Both the position numbers and the translations under genes were made by a program. Below are positions 1-9,832 of a stretch of DNA of 64,000 nucleotides, piece after piece. The stretch's first letter is position 1. Every line of letters begins with the position of its first letter. This DNA comes from Luteolibacter sp. (lineage in GTDB: Bacteria; Verrucomicrobiota; Verrucomicrobiia; Verrucomicrobiales; Akkermansiaceae): assembly GCA_051252155.1 (NCBI GenBank), contig JBPOGB010000002.1:297125-361124 (forward strand), in the 5' to 3' direction. The notes beneath the pieces are model-generated. The model saw only the letters and a list, made by a program, of their open reading frames with translations, was not told the origin of the DNA and made no database searches.

Positions 1-585
1 GCGTGCGAGGTAGTGTTTTCCCTTGGTGTGGAGACCGGCGACCCAACGCCATGAGAGGGTGTTGGCGGCGGGGTCAGCATCGAGGAGATTTTTCAGGAAG
101 AAATCCGCGCCGAGCTGCCAAGGGAGTTTCAAGGTGAAGATCCAGATGGAGGCGAACCACATACGGGCGTGGTTGTGGAGGTAGCCGGTGGACGTGAGTT
201 CCTTTGCCCAGTGATCGAAGCATTCGATGCTGGTATCACCGGAGGTGGCGGTGAGGTAGGCGGCGGTTTTTTCCTGTTGAGCGAGCGTCTCAAGGTAATG
301 ACGCCAGACGTCGGGGCGCATTTCGAGCCAGCCTTTCCAGTAAGTGCGCCAGGCGATTTCCTGGAGGAACTTTTCGGCAGCACTCGGGCTGTGTTTATCT
401 AGGACAGCACGAGTGGCTTCTTCCTCGGTGATGAGTCGGGTGCGGATGTAGGGGGAGAGTTGAGAGATGCCGGTGTGGTTGTTGGAGCAGAGATCGAAAT
501 TGCGTGTGGAGGCGTATTTCGCGGCGTATGGGACAAAATTTTCTAACCGCTCGAGGGCGGCGGCGCGTGTGGGTGCGAAGGACAT
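1..585 (-). CDS. Photolyase/cryptochrome-type FAD-binding domain protein (start in window, 3' end runs off the left edge)
   Basis: Absent from the ORF track because it is open at the edge. Own translation of the minus strand from ATG at 585-583 gives MSFAPTRAAALERLENFVPYAAKYASTRNF...YLHNHARMWFASIWIFTLKLPWQLGADFF...LSWRWVAGLHTKGKHYLAR. There is no stop down to base 1. The HNHxRMW and SWRW motifs are typical of the photolyase FAD-binding domain. Confidence 0.7.
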   Translation of the reverse strand, partial: MSFAPTRAAALERLENFVPYAAKYASTRNFDLCSNNHTGISQLSPYIRTRLITEEEATRAVLDKHSPSAAEKFLQEIAWRTYWKGWLEMRPDVWRHYLETLAQQEKTAAYLTATSGDTSIECFDHWAKELTSTGYLHNHARMWFASIWIFTLKLPWQLGADFFLKNLLDADPAANTLSWRWVAGLHTKGKHYLAR

Positions 586-645
586 TGCATCGACAAGCTC
601 CGCCTGATTGACGAATCGGCAAGGGCTTTGCTAGCTTTCAGGGAG

Positions 646-1035
646 ATGGGTGATTCGGTGCGAGCGGACAAATGGCTGTGGGCGGTGCGTTTTTACAAAA
701 CCCGTGCGCTTGCTGGCGAGATTCTGGGCGATGGAAAGGTGCAGCGGAATGGGCATGTGCTTAAGCGATCGTCTTCGATTCAGGTGGGGGATGTGCTGGA
801 GGTGCCGTTTTTCGAAGGGCCGGGGGTGAGAGAGATTTTTGTGACGGGTGTGATTGAAAAGCGAGTGGGAGCTCCGGAAGCTCAGGCTTGCTATGAAGAT
901 AGAACGAAGCCGGAGGTTTATGATGCACTGAAGCAGTGGCAGATCAACCGGCAGGAGGCGGCGAAAGGCAGGCCGACGAAGAAGGACAGGCGCGCGATTG
1001 ATCAGGTTAAGGAAGCGTGGGAGTGGGGGATCTGA
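646..1035 (+). CDS. hslR: Ribosome-associated heat shock protein Hsp15 (S4 RNA-binding domain)
   Basis: ORF 628..1035. The ATG at 646 gives MGDSVRADKWLWAVRFYKTRALAGE..., closely matching the N-terminus of E. coli HslR (RLDKWLWAARFYKTRALA). Confidence 0.8.
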   Translation: MGDSVRADKWLWAVRFYKTRALAGEILGDGKVQRNGHVLKRSSSIQVGDVLEVPFFEGPGVREIFVTGVIEKRVGAPEAQACYEDRTKPEVYDALKQWQINRQEAAKGRPTKKDRRAIDQVKEAWEWGI

Positions 1036-1071
1036 CTGTGCATGGCGTGAGGTTTCTGCTACTTAGAAGCC

Positions 1072-1911
1072 ATGAATTTGCCTCCCAGTGTCCGTCTCGT
1101 TGAAATTGCACCGTCGTATCCTGTTTTTGAAATTTCTCACAAAACTTGTGAGGCGAAGGTGGCGCTGCACGGGGCGCATGTGATGTCGTGGAAACCGACG
1201 GATGAAGACGAGGTGCTCTATCTAAGTCCGGATGCGGTTTTCAAAGAGGGAAAGGCGATACGCGGAGGGATTCCCGTGTGTTGGCCGTGGTTTAATGCGC
1301 ATCCTGCGGATTCAGCTCAGCCTTCTCATGGGCTGGTGAGGGGACGATTCTGGGAGCTTCTGGAGGCGAGCGAGGATGAGGCTGGGGTGACGCTGCGCTT
1401 TGGTGTGAGCGAAGGAATCTGGAATGCGGAGGTGACGGTGAGGGCGGGCGAGGAACTTGAGGTTTTGCTGGAGTCGAAGAATGTTTCCGAGGTGCCAATC
1501 GTTGTTTCTGGGGCTCTACATACCTACCTCGGGGTATCTGATATTTCGCAGGTGAGGGTGGTGAAACTGGATGGCTGTGAGTATCTCGATACGGTGGGGG
1601 AACCTACGATGCGCAAGCAGAAGGGGGATGTGGTTTTCGATCGTGAAGTAGATCGGATCTACGAGAGCTCCAGTAGTGTGTTGCTGGTCGATGACCTTTC
1701 CGGTCGGACGGTACTTGTGGAGAAAAGTGGGAGTCCCTCGACCGTGGTTTGGAATCCGTGGGAGGAGAAGTGTGCGGCATTGGGGGATATGCCTGATGAT
1801 GGGTATCAGAAGTTCTGCTGCATCGAGGCGGCAATCGCAAACGACCGGGCGGAGATCGTGATGCCCGGCGGCTCGCATGTGTTGATGACGCGGATCAGCG
1901 TGGAGGAATGA
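1072..1911 (+). CDS. D-hexose-6-phosphate mutarotase (aldose 1-epimerase family, YeaD-like)
   Basis: 279 aa. The GGIPVCWPWF motif and overall length fit the YeaD/glucose-6-phosphate 1-epimerase family. Confidence 0.75.
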   Translation: MNLPPSVRLVEIAPSYPVFEISHKTCEAKVALHGAHVMSWKPTDEDEVLYLSPDAVFKEGKAIRGGIPVCWPWFNAHPADSAQPSHGLVRGRFWELLEASEDEAGVTLRFGVSEGIWNAEVTVRAGEELEVLLESKNVSEVPIVVSGALHTYLGVSDISQVRVVKLDGCEYLDTVGEPTMRKQKGDVVFDREVDRIYESSSSVLLVDDLSGRTVLVEKSGSPSTVVWNPWEEKCAALGDMPDDGYQKFCCIEAAIANDRAEIVMPGGSHVLMTRISVEE

Positions 1912-1914
1912 GGT

Positions 1915-2664
1915 TTACTCCTCGATTGCTTCAATGAGAAGCTCTCCAGCCTTCTCTGCAGAGGCGGGATTTTGGCCGGTGACGAGCCGGCCGTCGCGGA
2001 CGGCGTTTTCGGTGAAGTTTTCTGCGGAATCGACGGTTGCGCCGGCTTTCTCAAATTCTGTTTCGAGGAGGAAGGGTACGACTTCGGTGAGTTCGACGGC
2101 TTCTTCTTCTGCATTGGTGAAGACTGCGGTTTTTTTCCCGGCGAGGAGGTGTGAGCCATCGGAGAGTTTGACGTTCAAGAGTGCGGCTGGGCCATGGCAG
2201 ACGGCACCGACTGCCCCTCCGTTTTCATAGATGGCGGCGGTGATTCGCTGGATGTCTTTGTTTTCCGGGAAATCCCAAACGGTTCCGTGGCCACCAGCGA
2301 AGAAGATGGCGGAGTATTTTTCGGGATCAACGTCGGCAATGGATTTCGTGAGAAGCACGCCGGGATTTTCTTTGTCGGCATTTCCATGTTTCTCCCAAAA
2401 GCTTTTGTTGGCGGAATCCTCGAGATCGAGGCTTTTCGGGTCGATGGGGGCGAAGCCGCCCTGCGGGCTGGCCAGAGTGACGAAGTAGCCTTTGTCATCG
2501 AAAACCTTGTAGGGATGCGCGGCCTCCGAGAGGAAGAAGCCGGTTTTTTTGCCGGTGTCACCGAGTTCGGCGTGATTGGTGAGAACGAGTAGTACGTATT
2601 TCGTTTTTTCCTGAGCGATAGCTGTGAGGGGAAATGCGAGGAGGGCTAGGAGCAGTTTTTTCAT
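1915..2664 (-). CDS. Secreted DJ-1/PfpI-type (type 1 glutamine amidotransferase-like) protein
   Basis: The ORF track starts at a GTG (2673). The ATG at 2664 gives the signal peptide MKKLLLALLAFPLTAIAQ. The nucleophile-elbow motif AVCHGPAAL is present. Confidence 0.75.
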   Translation of the reverse strand: MKKLLLALLAFPLTAIAQEKTKYVLLVLTNHAELGDTGKKTGFFLSEAAHPYKVFDDKGYFVTLASPQGGFAPIDPKSLDLEDSANKSFWEKHGNADKENPGVLLTKSIADVDPEKYSAIFFAGGHGTVWDFPENKDIQRITAAIYENGGAVGAVCHGPAALLNVKLSDGSHLLAGKKTAVFTNAEEEAVELTEVVPFLLETEFEKAGATVDSAENFTENAVRDGRLVTGQNPASAEKAGELLIEAIEE

Positions 2665-2707
2665 TACAAACACCTAGTCCGGATCCCCGGAACCGCAAGC
2701 GGTGGCA

Positions 2708-3481
2708 TTATCTGCGACGGATGAGAACGAGCAGAGCGAGTCCACCGAGAAGTATTGAAGGCGCGGTGGGTTCGGGGACGGGAGTGACCGTTGTTCCATA
2801 GATCGTGCCGATGCCGCCGCTGCTAAGCAACGAGAAGGTCACTTGATCGAAGCTGGACATGCGTAGTTCGTTAGCGCCGATGTTCAGGACACGGTTTGCA
2901 TGACGGTCTCCGAAGGCCACGCCGGTTCGGGCGAGCCGTGCGTCAGGTGTGTCCTCGAAATCTGCGAAAGATACGGTTCTGCTAGTTCCCGACGAAGAGT
3001 CGAGAAAGGTGATGCTGCCGTTGGCTGCGCTATCGAGATCGATGAAATCGAAGCCGAAGCTGTTGAGCGCGACATCAAAGTTCAGGATCATATCGCCTCC
3101 CATGCCGTCGTCGTTCGGGGTGGCGAGATTGGTATCCGTGTTGATGATGAGTGCGTTGTTCACGAGCAACTTAAGATCGGAGCCACCTGCCCACAGGCCG
3201 GAGCCAGTGGAGTTGCGCTCCAGATCGTCGTCCGCACCACCGGTTCCCTCGGTGTTGTACAAGTTCAGCGGCATGTTTTCGGGGTTGTTGGTGCTCAGTT
3301 GCACTCCGCTCCCTTTTCCAAAAAGATTGCGGTAAGGCTCATTCGCCGCGAGATCGACGGATCCGGCGATGAGCTGGTTTCCCTGATCGTCGTGCTCGAA
3401 GTCAATGACAAATGAGGTTTGGGCGAAGGAGGAAGCCGTCAGGGCGGCAAGGATGGCTGTAATCAGCTGGGGGCGTTTCAT
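2708..3481 (-). CDS. PEP-CTERM sorting-domain protein
   Basis: 257 aa with an N-terminal signal peptide. The C-terminus VTPVPEPTAPSILLGGLALLVLIRRR has the PEP motif, a TM helix and an Arg cluster. Confidence 0.8.
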   Translation of the reverse strand: MKRPQLITAILAALTASSFAQTSFVIDFEHDDQGNQLIAGSVDLAANEPYRNLFGKGSGVQLSTNNPENMPLNLYNTEGTGGADDDLERNSTGSGLWAGGSDLKLLVNNALIINTDTNLATPNDDGMGGDMILNFDVALNSFGFDFIDLDSAANGSITFLDSSSGTSRTVSFADFEDTPDARLARTGVAFGDRHANRVLNIGANELRMSSFDQVTFSLLSSGGIGTIYGTTVTPVPEPTAPSILLGGLALLVLIRRR

Positions 3482-3568
3482 GGGACAGGGGTGTTAGGGG
3501 TGTCCTCCCATGGGTGTGGGAGGTGTTTGGCTGGAGTCCTCTTTGGAGAGGACAACTAAACTATGAAT

Positions 3569-3585
3569 GATATTTTTAAAATATC
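3569..3585. promoter_or_regulatory. Perfect 8-1-8 AT-only palindrome GATATTTT-T-AAAATATC inside an AT-rich island upstream of the PEP-CTERM gene
   Basis: Read directly from the sequence. It lies about 90 nt upstream of the ATG at 3481 (minus strand), within the only strongly AT-rich stretch (about 3560-3625) of this part of the window. Confidence 0.3.
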
Positions 3586-3716
3586 AAGAAAAGTTTATAT
3601 TATTTTTATTATTAGTTTCCGGAATTCGCGGAGAGAGGCCTGCGAACACAATTTTCCGAAGATGTATACAGGTCTATTTGTCTCGCGTTTGTGATACGGA
3701 TCCAGTGACGAAAGGC

Positions 3717-5003
3717 TCAAATACTAGCCAGCGCTTCGCCGAAGACTTCCATGGTCTCGTCGATGTCGTCTTCGTTGTGGGCGAGGGAGATGAAACCGGT
3801 TTCGTAGGGGGAGGGGGCGATGTAGACGCCGCGCTCAAGAGACGCCCAGAAGAACTTTTTGAAGAGTTCCATGTCTTGCTTCATGACGTCGTCGACGTTG
3901 CGGATCTCACGGTCGGTAAAGTAGAGGCAGAACATAGAGCCGACGCGGTTGATACTGTGGGGAATACCTTTTTTCTCCATCAGGGCGCGTAGGCCTTTTT
4001 CGAAATGGGCGCCGAGCTGGTCGAGGCGGGCGTAGCCATCGGGTCTACCTGAGGAAAGCTCCTCGAGTTGTGTGAGGCCGGCGGCCATGGCGAGTGGGTT
4101 TCCGGAAAGGGTGCCTGCTTGGTATACGGGGCCGACGGGGGCGACCATGTCCATGACGTCGGCGCGGCCGCCGAAGGCTCCCACGGGGAGGCCGCCGCCG
4201 ATGACTTTTCCGAAGCAGGAAATGTCAGGGGTGAGGTTTTCGAGGCCTTGGACGCCTGCTTTGCCGAGACGGAAGCCGGTCATGACTTCATCGAAGATGA
4301 GGAGCGCTCCGAATTTTTTCGTGATCGAAGATAGGAGGTCGAGGTAGCCGGGTTGCGGGAAAACGAGGCCGGCATTGGCGGGGTAAGATTCGACGATGAT
4401 GGCGGCGATTTCCTCTCCCTTTTCCTCGAAGACTTTGGTGAGGGCTTCCGGATCGTTGTAGGGAAGGACTATGGTTTTTTCAGCGAAGGCTTTGGGGACT
4501 CCGGCGGAATCTGGTTCGCCGTGGGTGAGTGCGCCGGAGCCTGCGGCGACGAGGAGGGAATCGGAGTGGCCGTGGTAGCAGCCGTCGAACTTCACGATGT
4601 AGTCGCGCTTGGTGAAGCCGCGTGCGAGGCGGATGGCGGACATGGTCGCCTCGGTGCCGGAGGAGGTCATGCGGACTTTTTCGACGGAGGGAACCCATTC
4701 GGTGATGGTTTTCGCCATGGTCACCTCGTGCGGATTGGGGATGCCGAAGGAAATGCCGTCTTTGGCGACTTGGTGGATGGTATTGGTGACGGAGACCGGG
4801 GCGTGGCCGAGGATGTTCGGCCCCCATGAGCCGATGTAGTCGATGTAGGTTTTGCCGTCGATGTCGGTGATGCGTGAGCCTTTGGCGCGGCGGATGAAGA
4901 AGGGTTCGCCGCCGACGTTTTTGAAAGCGCGGACAGGGGAGTTCACACCGCCGGGGATGTATTGCTTGGCGGTGGCGAACATTTTGCTGGAGAGGGTGGC
5001 CAT
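3717..5003 (-). CDS. hemL: Glutamate-1-semialdehyde 2,1-aminomutase
   Basis: 428 aa. The N-terminus ...IPGGVNSPVRAF..., the class-III aminotransferase layout and the length are typical of HemL. Confidence 0.95.
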   Translation of the reverse strand: MATLSSKMFATAKQYIPGGVNSPVRAFKNVGGEPFFIRRAKGSRITDIDGKTYIDYIGSWGPNILGHAPVSVTNTIHQVAKDGISFGIPNPHEVTMAKTITEWVPSVEKVRMTSSGTEATMSAIRLARGFTKRDYIVKFDGCYHGHSDSLLVAAGSGALTHGEPDSAGVPKAFAEKTIVLPYNDPEALTKVFEEKGEEIAAIIVESYPANAGLVFPQPGYLDLLSSITKKFGALLIFDEVMTGFRLGKAGVQGLENLTPDISCFGKVIGGGLPVGAFGGRADVMDMVAPVGPVYQAGTLSGNPLAMAAGLTQLEELSSGRPDGYARLDQLGAHFEKGLRALMEKKGIPHSINRVGSMFCLYFTDREIRNVDDVMKQDMELFKKFFWASLERGVYIAPSPYETGFISLAHNEDDIDETMEVFGEALASI

Positions 5004-5101
5004 GGGCGGAACCTTTGACTTTCAAATCTCAACTTTCAAGGGAAGAGGTTGGCGTTTGAGCTTTCATGGGTGGGTGGAAGCATGTTTCCTCTGCGGAGCT
5101 T

Positions 5102-5881
5102 ATGACTATTGAGAAGAAAGCCTCGCAGGAGAATCCGCTGGTGAACATTTTGATCAATGTTCTGATCCCTGTGTTGGCGCTTAGCTACTTGAGTAAAGAT
5201 CCAGCGATCCAGGAGCTGCTGGGGAAAGAGGTGAAGTCTTGGCATATTGGGCCGTTGAAGGCCTTGTTCGTGGCTCTGGCTTTCCCGATCTGTTATGGGG
5301 TGTGGTTTTTCGCAAAAACGAAGAAGATGAATTTCTTCTCGGGGCTGGGACTGTTTTCCGTGCTGCTGACTGGAGGCCTGACGCTTTTCCTGTGGAACAA
5401 AGACGGCACGGTGAAGGAGCATGCGGCCGTGCTTTTCGGGCTGAAAGAAGCTTCGATCCCATTTGTGCTTGGAATTGCGATTATTGCTTCGCATTGGTCG
5501 AAAACGCCTTTGCTCCGTGCCTTTCTCTACAGCGACTCGATCTTCGACATCAATAAGATCGAGAACAAGGTGACGGAGCTGGGAAAGGAAACCGATTATT
5601 CCAAGGTCTTGCTGAACGCGACGATACTATTCTCGCTCTCGTTTTTCGTCAGCACCGTGCTGAACTTCGGCCTAGCGTTGTATTTCCTTGGCCCCTTGGA
5701 TCATGCGGCGGCGGATGCGATGTCGGTCTATAATGAAAAAGTGGCGAAGATCACCGGCTGGGGCTTTGTGGTCATCGGCGTGCCGATCATGGTTTTCCTT
5801 TTCTTTACGTTGAAAAAGCTGCTTAGCGGCCTGCGCGGAATCACCGGGCTTAGCGATGACGAGCTGATGATGCCTAGGTGA
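5102..5881 (+). CDS. Polytopic inner-membrane protein of unknown function
   Basis: ORF 5066..5881. The ATG at 5102 (MTIEKKASQENPLVNILINVLIPVLAL...) is followed by multiple hydrophobic helices. Confidence 0.55.
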   Translation: MTIEKKASQENPLVNILINVLIPVLALSYLSKDPAIQELLGKEVKSWHIGPLKALFVALAFPICYGVWFFAKTKKMNFFSGLGLFSVLLTGGLTLFLWNKDGTVKEHAAVLFGLKEASIPFVLGIAIIASHWSKTPLLRAFLYSDSIFDINKIENKVTELGKETDYSKVLLNATILFSLSFFVSTVLNFGLALYFLGPLDHAAADAMSVYNEKVAKITGWGFVVIGVPIMVFLFFTLKKLLSGLRGITGLSDDELMMPR

Positions 5882-5952
5882 GCCAAGGGCGCGAAAAAAC
5901 CCGGGGCTTGTGGCACCCGGGTTGAGATGTGGGGAGTTTTTCCCGCAGCGGA

Positions 5953-6237
5953 TTAATCAACGAGGTTGTCGATGCGCTGGGCGAGTTCGATATCGAGATC
6001 GGTCACACCGCCAACGTCGTGAGTAGTAAGCTTGAGAGTCACCTTGGTGTGCTTGATGACCATGTCTGGGTGATGCTGTGCTTCTTCAGAGATCTCGCCT
6101 ACGGTGCTTACAAAATCGATGCCGTCCATGAACTCCTCGAATTCAAAAACGCGGAAGATGTATTTCTTCTCAACGTCCCATTCGGGGCATTTTTTGAGGG
6201 CGGATAGCAATTCGTCTTCTTCTAGCAGGTCTGACAT
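5953..6237 (-). CDS. phhB: 4a-hydroxytetrahydrobiopterin (pterin-4a-carbinolamine) dehydratase
   Basis: 94 aa. HHPDMVIKHTKVTLKLTTHDVGGVTDLD matches the conserved PCD/DCoH core. Confidence 0.85.
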   Translation of the reverse strand: MSDLLEEDELLSALKKCPEWDVEKKYIFRVFEFEEFMDGIDFVSTVGEISEEAQHHPDMVIKHTKVTLKLTTHDVGGVTDLDIELAQRIDNLVD

Positions 6238-6405
6238 AGATAAGGGGAGTTGTTGGATGCGTTGCGCAAAGATTGGACGGATGCTTTCGGGGTTGGCAAG
6301 CCCGTCTTTGACTTTTCCGAGAAATAGATGCCTCTTTGCAAAAGCTGCATGCCCTTTCTCGCGCCGGGTTGTTGCGATTTTAAGTAAAATGTGTGAGATT
6401 CAGGT

Positions 6406-6849
6406 ATGAAAAATCTTTTGTTCGTTGTCTCGGCGGCAGTCGTTGCCTTGGCCTTCGCATCTTGTGCACCTCATTCTACTCCGCAATCACGCATCGTTTC
6501 TAGGACGGCTGACTACGATAGCTTGAGCGAAAAACACAAGGAATTGGTAAGACGTGGCGAGATTACTGAGGGCATGAGCAAGGAGGCTGTCTCACTGGCA
6601 TGGGGAAGCCCCGATGGAAGAGTGGAAGGCCTGCGAAATGGCAAAGAAATGGAGCGATGGGATTATCAAGGAACGCGGTCGGTCGTTACCAACAACTTTT
6701 TCGGAGGTTACCGCACTGGATTTGGACATGGATACCGCTATTCCGGCTTCGGCGGAGGCTTTGGCCCCACGATCAACTACGTCCCCTATAGGAAAGCTTC
6801 GGTATGGTTTGTCCGAGGGCGGGTGGATGAGTGGGAAAGGGAGAACTAA
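6406..6849 (+). CDS. Lipoprotein with BamE/SmpA-OmlA-like segment and Gly/Tyr/Phe-rich tail
   Basis: The signal peptide ends in a lipobox (ALAFASC). GMSKEAVSLAWGSPD resembles the SmpA/OmlA fold signature. Confidence 0.55.
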   Translation: MKNLLFVVSAAVVALAFASCAPHSTPQSRIVSRTADYDSLSEKHKELVRRGEITEGMSKEAVSLAWGSPDGRVEGLRNGKEMERWDYQGTRSVVTNNFFGGYRTGFGHGYRYSGFGGGFGPTINYVPYRKASVWFVRGRVDEWEREN

Positions 6850-6987
6850 GACGTATAAGTCTCGACTCGATTTTAAGAAAATTATTGGAAATCAGTCGGT
6901 TTCTAGCCCTAAAGAAGAAAACTTTCTCTTTTATTCTTGAGATGTGCCATTTCGATGAGTTAAATGGGCTTAGGACTAACACCAACT

Positions 6988-8436
6988 ATGAAAGCCTCCA
7001 TTCTACCCATCGTTTTCGTTGCCCTCGGATTCCCTCTTACATCCGTCGCGCAGTCGACCATCTCCAGTGCCCCAACTCCTGCGGCGGAAGCTGCGGACGA
7101 ACCGCTCTCCGGAGAGGAGGTTGCCATTCTCACCGATGCTCCAAACGTCCCTCCTCCGATCACCCGCAAGCATCCTACCAATGTTAAAGTCGAAATCGAA
7201 GTCACCGAGGTCGTGAAACGCATGGCCGATGGCGTCGACTACACTTTCTGGACATTTGGCGGCAGCGTCCCGGGCAAGTTCATCCGCGTCCGCCAGAATG
7301 ATGTGGTGGATTTTACCCTGAAAAACCACCCATCGAGCAAGATGCCTCACAACATCGACCTTCACGCCGTCACTGGTCCCGGCGGCGGAGCCAAGGCAAC
7401 CTTCACTGCGCCTGGACACCAGACGAACTTCTCCTTCAAAGCCCTCAACCCGGGACTCTACATTTACCATTGCGCTACCGCACCCGTCGGGATGCACATC
7501 GCCAACGGCATGTATGGTCTCATCCTCGTCGAGCCGAAAGAAGGCATGGCGCCTGTCGATAAGGAATTCTACGTCGTACAAGGCGACTTCTACACCACCG
7601 GAAAATACGGCGAAGCTGGTCACCAAGGCTTCAGCATGGAAAAGGCCATCGACGAAAGACCTGACTATGTCGTCTTCAACGGTTCCGTCGGTTCTATGAC
7701 CGGCGAAAAAGCCCTCAAGGCTAGCAAAGGTGAAACTGTCCGTCTCTTTGTCGGAAACGGTGGCCCCAACCTCGTCTCCTCCTTCCACGTCATCGGCGAA
7801 ATATTCGACCGCGTCTATCAAGAGGGCGGATCGAATTTCCAAGAAAACGTCCAGACGACCCTCGTCCCAGCAGGCGGCTCCACCATCTGCGAATTCAAAC
7901 TCGATACCAACGGCGACTTCATCCTCGTTGACCACTCCATCTTCCGTGCCTTCAACAAGGGCGCGCTCGGTATCCTCAATGCCGATGGTGAAGGCGACCT
8001 CATGGTCTTTTCCGGACAGAAAAAGGACGAAGTCTATCTCCCTGAAGGCGGTGCCATCCAGACGATCCCCAACGACACCCAGTCCGCCCCGGCAGCTGCT
8101 AACAAAGCCGAACGCATAGCCGCCGGACAGCTCGTCTATGACCGCAACTGCTCCGCCTGCCACATGCCGACTGGCACAGGTGTCCCCGCTGCGTTCCCAC
8201 CGCTCGCCAAGTCCGACTATCTCAATGCTGACCCAGACCGCGCCATCAACACGGTTGTCAAAGGACTTCAGGGTGAAGTCACCGTCAACGGTGCTAAATA
8301 CAACAGCGTCATGCCCATCCTCGGTCTCAACGATGAAGACGTAGCCAATGTGCTCACCTACGTTTATTCAAAATGGGATAACTCCGGTGTTGAAGTCACT
8401 CCTGAACAAGTTGCCAAAGTTCGCGCTGCCGAATAA
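6988..8436 (+). CDS. nirK: Copper-containing nitrite reductase with fused C-terminal cytochrome c domain
   Basis: The Cu-ligand motifs [13 protein letters not shown] and [20 protein letters not shown] are present. The C-terminal roughly 100 aa carry CSACH plus a downstream Met. The ATG at 6988 gives a clean signal peptide ([23 protein letters not shown]). The ORF track starts at 6964. Confidence 0.9.
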   Translation: MKASILPIVFVALGFPLTSVAQSTISSAPTPAAEAADEPLSGEEVAILTDAPNVPPPITRKHPTNVKVEIEVTEVVKRMADGVDYTFWTFGGSVPGKFIRVRQNDVVDFTLKNHPSSKMPHNIDLHAVTGPGGGAKATFTAPGHQTNFSFKALNPGLYIYHCATAPVGMHIANGMYGLILVEPKEGMAPVDKEFYVVQGDFYTTGKYGEAGHQGFSMEKAIDERPDYVVFNGSVGSMTGEKALKASKGETVRLFVGNGGPNLVSSFHVIGEIFDRVYQEGGSNFQENVQTTLVPAGGSTICEFKLDTNGDFILVDHSIFRAFNKGALGILNADGEGDLMVFSGQKKDEVYLPEGGAIQTIPNDTQSAPAAANKAERIAAGQLVYDRNCSACHMPTGTGVPAAFPPLAKSDYLNADPDRAINTVVKGLQGEVTVNGAKYNSVMPILGLNDEDVANVLTYVYSKWDNSGVEVTPEQVAKVRAAE

Positions 8437-8444
8437 CCACGACC

Positions 8445-9227
8445 GTGAAGCTCTCCGCCTTCATCTTCCTTCTCCTCACCTCCGCCATCCCGGCTGAAGA
8501 AACCGCTATCCCCGCCGAAATGGCGTATGTCGAGGGCGGAGAATACGTCCCGATGTTCGGCGAGAGTAAAAAACCACGCAGCGTCGATCCCTTCATCCTC
8601 GATCGTCTTCCGGTCACCAATTCCGCCTTCCTGGAATTCGTCCGCGAAAATCCGAAATGGCGTCGCTCACAAGTCGGCAAACTCTTCGCCGACCAAGGCT
8701 ACCTCTCCCATTGGGGAGCCGATCTCGAACTCGGCCCCAACGCCGCACCGGACGCTCCCGTCGTTCGCGTCTCATGGTTTGCCGCCCGTGCTTTCCTCAA
8801 GGCTCAGGACAAACGCCTGCCGCGCGAAGACGAATGGGAATTTGCCGCCCTCGCCGATGCCACACGCACCGACGCTTCAAAGGATCCCGCTTTTCTCAAG
8901 CGCATCCTCGATTGGTATGGAAAACCCAACTCCGGCCAGCTGCCTGATGTCTCAACGCTCACTCCTGACATTCGTGGCATCGCCGGTATGCACGCCGCTG
9001 TTTGGGAATGGGTCGAGGATTTCAACAACCAGATGGTCACCGGAGCGGCACGCGACGATACCACCCTCGATCGCTCCCTCTTCTGTGCCGGTGGCGCCCT
9101 CAATGCCACCGATGCCGCTAACTACGCCGCCTTCATGCGTTACGCCTTCCGCTCTAGTCTCGAAGGAAATTACACCACCAACAACCTCGGCTTCCGCGGC
9201 GCTCGCGATGCCACCACCGAACCCTGA
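8445..9227 (+). CDS. nirV: Formylglycine-generating-enzyme (SUMF1) family protein, NirV-like
   Basis: GTG start 8 nt after nirK. It has a signal peptide and FGE-sulfatase-type motifs (RLPREDEWEFAA, GNVWEW-like AAVWEWVED, NLGFRGARD). Its position directly downstream of nirK matches nirV. Confidence 0.75.
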   Translation: MKLSAFIFLLLTSAIPAEETAIPAEMAYVEGGEYVPMFGESKKPRSVDPFILDRLPVTNSAFLEFVRENPKWRRSQVGKLFADQGYLSHWGADLELGPNAAPDAPVVRVSWFAARAFLKAQDKRLPREDEWEFAALADATRTDASKDPAFLKRILDWYGKPNSGQLPDVSTLTPDIRGIAGMHAAVWEWVEDFNNQMVTGAARDDTTLDRSLFCAGGALNATDAANYAAFMRYAFRSSLEGNYTTNNLGFRGARDATTEP

Positions 9228-9232
9228 CTGCC

Positions 9233-9832
9233 ATGAAAACTCACCTCCTTCTCCTCTCCGCTTGCCTCTCACTTTTCGCCACCGCTGCCGAGGAAACACC
9301 TAGGTGCTGTGACGAGGAAATCCCCGCCGAAGAGGCCGCCGGATCCATCTACCAACTCGATGCCACCTGGACGAGCCAACATGAAAAAGAGGTCAAGCTC
9401 TCCGTCTTCAAAGGCCACCCCGTTCTCATCACCATGGGCTATGCCAGTTGCAAGAACGCCTGCCCACGCCTCGCCGCCGACCTCATGGCCATCGAAACAT
9501 CCCTCACCGATGAGGAAAAAGCACGCACCACATTCCTCTTCGTTTCCATCGATCCCGAGCACGACACCCCGGAGAAACTCGCCGCCTTCCTCAAGCAATA
9601 CAACGTCGACCAGACCCGTTGGATCGGCCTTCGCGGCACCGACGATTCCGTCCTCGAGCTCTCCGTCGCCCTCGGCGTCCGCTATCGCAAAATCGAGAAC
9701 GACGACTTCGCCCACTCGAACCTCATCACTCTCCTCTCACCCAGCGGTGAAATCATCCAAACGAAGGAGGGGCTCGGCACTGACTCTGCAGAAATCACAG
9801 CTGCCCTGAAGAAGCTCCTCGCCACACCGTGA
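9233..9832 (+). CDS. SCO1/SenC family copper chaperone
   Basis: It has a signal peptide and a thioredoxin-like fold with the CKNACP (CxxxCP) motif and a downstream His. Confidence 0.85.
   Translation: MKTHLLLLSACLSLFATAAEETPRCCDEEIPAEEAAGSIYQLDATWTSQHEKEVKLSVFKGHPVLITMGYASCKNACPRLAADLMAIETSLTDEEKARTTFLFVSIDPEHDTPEKLAAFLKQYNVDQTRWIGLRGTDDSVLELSVALGVRYRKIENDDFAHSNLITLLSPSGEIIQTKEGLGTDSAEITAALKKLLATP

Noticed and set aside
6887-6894. 8-mer TGATTTCC shared by the nirK upstream region (6887-6894, reverse) and the norC upstream region (11538-11545), with TTATTTCC at 17501-17508 in the hemoglobin/Rrf2 intergenic region; considered as a regulator half-site
   Set aside because: One 8-mer match between two roughly 100-nt regions is expected by chance at a non-trivial rate (order 0.3 by rough estimate). 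No dyad partner was found.
7003-8163. Long antisense or alternative-frame ORFs: 7003..8163 (386 aa, opposite nirK), 25437..26849 (470 aa), 41458..42543 (361 aa), 61594..62499 (301 aa), 45159..45986 (275 aa) and many shorter ones
   Set aside because: These are typical GC-rich shadow ORFs, with Gly/Arg/Ala/Pro-rich, motif-free translations. Each fully overlaps a gene that has clear family signatures.
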